A stretch of DNA of 20,000 nucleotides, taken from an uncultured virus (IMG/VR IMGVR_UViG_2894484731_000002) (taxonomy: Duplodnaviria > Heunggongvirae > Uroviricota > Caudoviricetes). A model generated the notes under the pieces. That model was not told the DNA's origin. It did not search any database and saw only the letters and a program-made list of their open reading frames with translations. The DNA is taken from the IMG/VR virus record IMGVR_UViG_2894484731_000002, one strand, 5' to 3'. Both the position numbers and the translations under genes were made by a program. Shown one piece after another: positions 16,002 through 20,000 of the stretch. Positions within the stretch are counted from its first letter, which is position 1, and each line of letters starts with the position of its first letter.

Positions 16002-16481
16002 TTGCCCGTCGACCAGACCTGGCGCCACCTCGGCGACCAGCTCGTACGTCGCCGCGTGCAGCTCGACCCGGCCTACCGCACCCGCCGCGGGTTCGTCGCC
16101 GCCACCCGCGCCGCCAGCTCCGACGCCTGGTACAGGGTGATCACCAGCCTTGAGCTCGGTGAGCGGGACAACTACACCCGGGAGACCATCGCGGCCGCCG
16201 AAGCCGCCTACCGGCTGCAGCCCGGCAGCATCCGCTCCTACCTGGAGACCGGCGCGCCGCTGCAGTTCCTCGACGACGACGCGGACGCCCCGGCCCGGCC
16301 GCAGCAACCGCCCCGCTACGACGACCCGGTCCTGCAGTACCTGTGGGACACCCCCGACCCCGGCCTCACCGAATCCCAGCGCGAAGCCCTGGTGCAGGTC
16401 TACCTTGCCCTCACTGGCGCCGCCGCCCGCGGCGGCGCCAGTGCGGCCCCCGACCCCCCGGCGCCGGCGCGGACCGCGTGA
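16002..16481 (+). CDS. Immunity-repressor-like XRE/HTH protein
   Basis: WRHLGDQLVRRRVQL...ITSLELGERDNYTRETIAAAEAAYRLQPGSI resembles actinophage repressors; GGAGG before TTG 16002; divergent from the main operons. Confidence 0.8.
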   Translation: MPVDQTWRHLGDQLVRRRVQLDPAYRTRRGFVAATRAASSDAWYRVITSLELGERDNYTRETIAAAEAAYRLQPGSIRSYLETGAPLQFLDDDADAPARPQQPPRYDDPVLQYLWDTPDPGLTESQREALVQVYLALTGAAARGGASAAPDPPAPARTA

Positions 16482-16540
16482 CCTGACTTCACGCAGCCCC
16501 GCGCTGGCTGCGCCAACCTCCTTGCCTCCCGAGGTGGTGT

Positions 16541-17689
16541 TTGCCCTTGCCCGACAACCCCTCTGACGCGCTGCTGGCTGTCCGGCAGGTTCTGCGGACC
16601 CTGCGCCTGCGGCTGTCCACGCTCACCCGCACCCAGACGGTGCCGGACCTGGCCGAGCATCGGCTGCTGCGGCAGCAGATCGCCGACCTGGAGGGCACGC
16701 TCGCCGTCCTGGCGGAACAGGCGGTGCCACGGCCCCTGGCCCGGGCGCTGGCGGCCGAACCCGGCCAGCCCCGCACCGTCACCGTCGACATCGGCGCCCA
16801 CCAGGTGCAGGTGGTGCTGCAGCCGGTCGGACGGGACGACCCCGAACGGCAGGTCGCCGTGTGGGCCGACGTCCTGGCGGCCGTCGCCGGAACCGAGCTG
16901 GCCGGCGAGCAGCTGCGCGGCATGGACGCGGCCGTGCTCGCGGTGCAGACCGGCGCGACGATCGTCCTCAACGCCGGGCAGTCGCGAGCGGTCGCGCGGG
17001 TGGCCATCCGCATGCTGCGGCATGGAGCGTTTCTGCCCGCACCGCTGGCGGTCCTGGAGCGGCTGCTACGCAAGCAGCCCCGCCGGGCGGGCGCCGCTGG
17101 TGTCGCCGTCGCCGCGGCAGTCGCGGTGGGTGTCGCCCTGGCCGCAGCCCAGCAGCCCCCGCCGCGGGAACCGGCGGTCGGCGCGGAGGCCCCGCCGCCG
17201 GTGCAGCTGGCGGTCACCCCCGAAGCCGAGCAGGAGACCGAGGCGCCGACGCCTGCACCGGCCAGGTCGCGCCGCAGCCCGTCACCCCAGCCGGTGCGGG
17301 CCGATGGGGACGTGCAGCCACCCACCGGCGGACGCGGCCGATCCGGCGGGCCGGGCGGCGCGGGCGGTTCCGGCGGTGGCGGCCGCGGCAGCTCGGGACG
17401 CGGGATGCGAGAAACAACCCCGCAGCCGAGCGGGACGCAAGGATCGGCCCCGCAGCCGACGCGCTCCCAGCCCGGCCCCACCGTTCATCTGCCCACCCGG
17501 CGGCCGCAGCAGGAGCCGACACAGCAGCCGTCTCAGCAGCCGACGCAGGAGCCGACGCAGGAGCCGACGCAGGAGCCGTCTCAACAACCGACTCAACAAC
17601 CGTCGCAGCCACCGGCGGGCCGGGACTGCCGCCTGCTGGATGTGGAGGTGCGGATACCTCCCGTCGCGAGGGTCGACGTGTGCCTGTGA
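16541..17689 (+). CDS. Single-pass membrane protein with Pro/Gln/Thr-rich extracellular tail and terminal Cys pair
   Basis: GAGGTGG RBS; TM segment AGAAGVAVAAAVAVGVALAAA; follows the repressor. Confidence 0.75.
   Translation: MPLPDNPSDALLAVRQVLRTLRLRLSTLTRTQTVPDLAEHRLLRQQIADLEGTLAVLAEQAVPRPLARALAAEPGQPRTVTVDIGAHQVQVVLQPVGRDDPERQVAVWADVLAAVAGTELAGEQLRGMDAAVLAVQTGATIVLNAGQSRAVARVAIRMLRHGAFLPAPLAVLERLLRKQPRRAGAAGVAVAAAVAVGVALAAAQQPPPREPAVGAEAPPPVQLAVTPEAEQETEAPTPAPARSRRSPSPQPVRADGDVQPPTGGRGRSGGPGGAGGSGGGGRGSSGRGMRETTPQPSGTQGSAPQPTRSQPGPTVHLPTRRPQQEPTQQPSQQPTQEPTQEPTQEPSQQPTQQPSQPPAGRDCRLLDVEVRIPPVARVDVCL
17510..17605 (+). repeat. Eight tandem 12-bp coding repeats encoding Q[EQ]P[TS]
   Basis: CAGGAGCCGACG-type units at 12-bp period. 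Confidence 0.9.
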
Positions 17690-17831
17690 CCGCCGCCCCC
17701 CCGGGTGATCACACGAGGGTGGGCGCCGATCCGAAGCCCCAGGTGGCGACGTCGCGGCAGCCCACCCCTGTGGGCGGCCCAGGGGCGGTGCGGGTGCACC
17801 GGCCCCCGCGGAGTGCCTGAGGCGGGTCCGG

Positions 17832-18017
17832 TCAGCTGGCCCGGCGCGGCTCTTCGGCCCTGGCGGGCGCGGCCCTGCCCAGCAGGACCGGGCGGAGGAT
17901 GTCAGCGGCGTGCTCCACCTGCAGGTCGCTCAGCCCCGCGCAGGGCGGGCGTCGGAGCGCGTCCCGGATCGCCTGCTCGATGCGGTCGGCCAGATCGGGC
18001 TGTGCATCGCATTCCAC
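17832..18017 (-). CDS. 61-aa protein downstream of integrase, candidate recombination directionality factor
   Basis: AGGAGGA RBS 7 nt before GTG; LSDLQVEHAADILRPV motif. Confidence 0.7.
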   Translation of the reverse strand: MECDAQPDLADRIEQAIRDALRRPPCAGLSDLQVEHAADILRPVLLGRAAPARAEEPRRAS

Positions 18018-18150
18018 CTGGGGCTCCTCCTGTTTTCACCGCGCGGCGGCGCAGGCACCTACCCAGGCCGGGCGGACGGTCACCCTTCCATATCGGCAGA
18101 CCGCAACACCCTTTTTTATCTAATCTTGAAGCGCCCCTCAGGAGGTGACA

Positions 18151-19611
18151 TTAACGCCAGACATAGGTCAACCGGTCAGGGTCGAGGCCCTGGAATCCGA
18201 TCCGGGTGGACGGGTGAACCACAATGTGTTCAAGCACGGTGAGGACCAGCATGCGCTGCTGCTCCATCTCGGCGTCAGCCCACCATTCCGCCAGAGAACG
18301 GGGGTTGATGTTCTCGGGCAGCGCCTCGAACCGCTGCGCCTGCTTCACCTTCGCCTTCAGCTCGACCAGCCGGGCCTTCAGGCTGCGGCTCGCCGCCACG
18401 AACGCCTCCCTCGGCAGGCCGACCTCCGGGTCGGCGTAGTCGCGGCCCAGCTGCTCCAGCTTCTCCTGCAGGTCGGTCATCTCCTGCCCCAGCGTGGCGT
18501 CCTCGCCTTCCGGGGTGACCGCCTTCGCGAGCCGCCGGCGGATCGCGGGAGAGGCGAAACGCGCCAGCACCTGCCCGGCGACGTCGACCTCCAGCGGTCC
18601 CGCCGCGATACGGATCCTCCCGCAGCCGGAGTACGGCGGCGACTTGCGGCAGTTGTAGCCGGGCTTGCCCGAGTTGGAGCGGTGCCCTGCCAGGGCTCTG
18701 CCGCACAGCCCGCAGATCAGCACCCCGCCGCCCAGCAGGTACTTGCGGGAGTTGCCCTCCCGGTTGGTGACCCGGGCCGGGTCGCGCAGGATCACCTCCA
18801 GGCGGCGCTGCTCGTCGTCGGTGATGATGGCCGGCCACACGTCGCGGGCCACGATCTGCCGCTCTTCCTCCGGCCGCCCCGCCTCCAGGTAGGTGCGGTG
18901 ACCCGCCATGGCGGGGTTGACCAGCAGGCGGGTGATGCCGCGCGCCAGCCACGGGTTGCCCTGGGTGGTCTTGTGTCCGTTCTTGTCCAGCCAATCAACG
19001 AGGGAACGCACCGAGCCGCCCTTTAAGACGTGCTCCACCATGTGCCGGACGACTTTCACTTCATCCGGTACAAGGGTGACCCCATCAGCCTCGTATCCGT
19101 AGCGCCTCATTCCGCCGCTCCACGTCTTTCCCTTTGCGGCGCTCTGCCGGTTCGCCGACTTTTGCCGTGCGGCTTTCTGTTCGACTTCACCTTGCGCCAC
19201 AGCCCCCAGGATCCTGGCGACCATGCGGCCGGTGTGCGTGGACAGGTCCACGTCGCCATGAACGCATTTGAAGAACGCGCGTTTGCTCTCGATGAGTTCG
19301 ACGACGCGTTCCAGTTCGGCGTTCCGCCTGGTCAGCCGGTCAATATGCCAGACGGCGAGGGCATTGATCCGCCCACCCTCGACGTCTTTGATCATCCTTT
19401 CGTAATCAGGACGCCACTTCTTCTTACTCGCCGAGATGTCATTGTCGACGTACACGTCAACGATTACGCCTTGGGGGTCGATGAGGTGGAGCAGGTCGGT
19501 GCATTCGGCGATCTGCCTTTCCACGGCCAGGCCGGAACCTTGCCGGTCCATCGACAGGCGGGCATAGATCCCCCACCGCAGACCGGAAGAGCCAGCCCCG
19601 ATAGGGCTCAC
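18151..19611 (-). CDS. int: Large serine recombinase (integrase), phiRv1-integrase-like
   Basis: YARLS catalytic motif, YVDNDISAS, RPDYERM, WHIDRLTR, recombinase domain (YGY), zinc ribbon CGLCG...YNC...GC, coiled coil. Confidence 0.96.
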   Translation of the reverse strand: MSPIGAGSSGLRWGIYARLSMDRQGSGLAVERQIAECTDLLHLIDPQGVIVDVYVDNDISASKKKWRPDYERMIKDVEGGRINALAVWHIDRLTRRNAELERVVELIESKRAFFKCVHGDVDLSTHTGRMVARILGAVAQGEVEQKAARQKSANRQSAAKGKTWSGGMRRYGYEADGVTLVPDEVKVVRHMVEHVLKGGSVRSLVDWLDKNGHKTTQGNPWLARGITRLLVNPAMAGHRTYLEAGRPEEERQIVARDVWPAIITDDEQRRLEVILRDPARVTNREGNSRKYLLGGGVLICGLCGRALAGHRSNSGKPGYNCRKSPPYSGCGRIRIAAGPLEVDVAGQVLARFASPAIRRRLAKAVTPEGEDATLGQEMTDLQEKLEQLGRDYADPEVGLPREAFVAASRSLKARLVELKAKVKQAQRFEALPENINPRSLAEWWADAEMEQQRMLVLTVLEHIVVHPSTRIGFQGLDPDRLTYVWR

Positions 19612-20000
19612 GCCTCGCCGTCAGCGGCGGTGTTCCCCACCCCCCTTTCTCTGCGCATTCGCCTTCGTGCTGCCGCCGCCCGGCAGGTGAACTTCTCGCC
19701 AGCCGCCAGCATGTTCCCGGCGGTGGCCAGCACCTCCCTGCGCCGCCTGGCCGTCGAACGCCCGCACCCATGTGGGGACGTCGCCGGCCCGCCTGCCCGG
19801 TCGGCCACCTCGTCCACGACCTGGGCGCCCTCCCGCGTCGCCCAGGCCCTCAGCAGGTCCAGATCCAGGGATTCACTCCCGGGTCTGTAGCGTGCGTAGG
19901 GCACCCAGTGGGCGCCGGGCGGTTCCGAGTCCCCGCCGGGGCCGGTTTCGGCCGCCACAGGGGCGCTCAGGGCCGCGCATGGGGGGTTGCGGTCGGTCAT
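19608..20000 (-). CDS. Degenerate serine-recombinase catalytic-domain-like protein (possibly pseudogene; may start outside the window)
   Basis: WVPYARYR...LDLLRAWATREGAQVVDEVAD resembles a resolvase N-terminus; GTGA overlap with int start. Confidence 0.5.
   Translation of the reverse strand: MTDRNPPCAALSAPVAAETGPGGDSEPPGAHWVPYARYRPGSESLDLDLLRAWATREGAQVVDEVADRAGGPATSPHGCGRSTARRRREVLATAGNMLAAGEKFTCRAAAARRRMRRERGVGNTAADGEA

Larger units (their letters stand above)
1..20000. mobile_element. Interior of an actinomycete integrative (probably conjugative, AICE-like) element with phage-like regulatory and early genes
   Basis: Serine integrase, divergent repressor, TraB-like translocase, Spd-like membrane proteins and coupled small hypothetical genes occur together; no housekeeping genes; ends not seen. 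Confidence 0.85.

Noticed and set aside
15885..16307. Minus-strand ORF as a cro gene
   Set aside because: Antisense to the repressor and has no HTH pattern
18085..18150. AT-rich stretch after int as att site
   Set aside because: No clear inverted symmetry or second copy in the window, and element genes continue on both sides; needs empty-site comparison

Overview
High-GC actinomycete sequence that appears to lie wholly inside one integrative mobile element combining phage-like and conjugative traits; no att site, replication initiator, capsid gene, tRNA or CRISPR is visible. Most genes run on the minus strand. From right to left: a degenerate serine-recombinase-like ORF coupled to a large serine integrase; two paralogous small proteins resembling recombination directionality factors; a divergent repressor plus membrane protein cassette; a DEDDh-exonuclease homologue lacking its catalytic residues; a TraB/FtsK-type translocase with TraA/Spd-like membrane genes; an HTH protein and an XRE-TPR regulator; and a tightly coupled operon of phage-like hypothetical genes. 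The non-coding DNA has four TTGxxx-N17/18-TACGGT promoters, a dispersed 24-bp motif, several terminators and two short ORFs. The Spd-like HTH gene contains a dense intragenic CCGCA[A/C] array. Family assignments come from motif recognition only; no database search was run.
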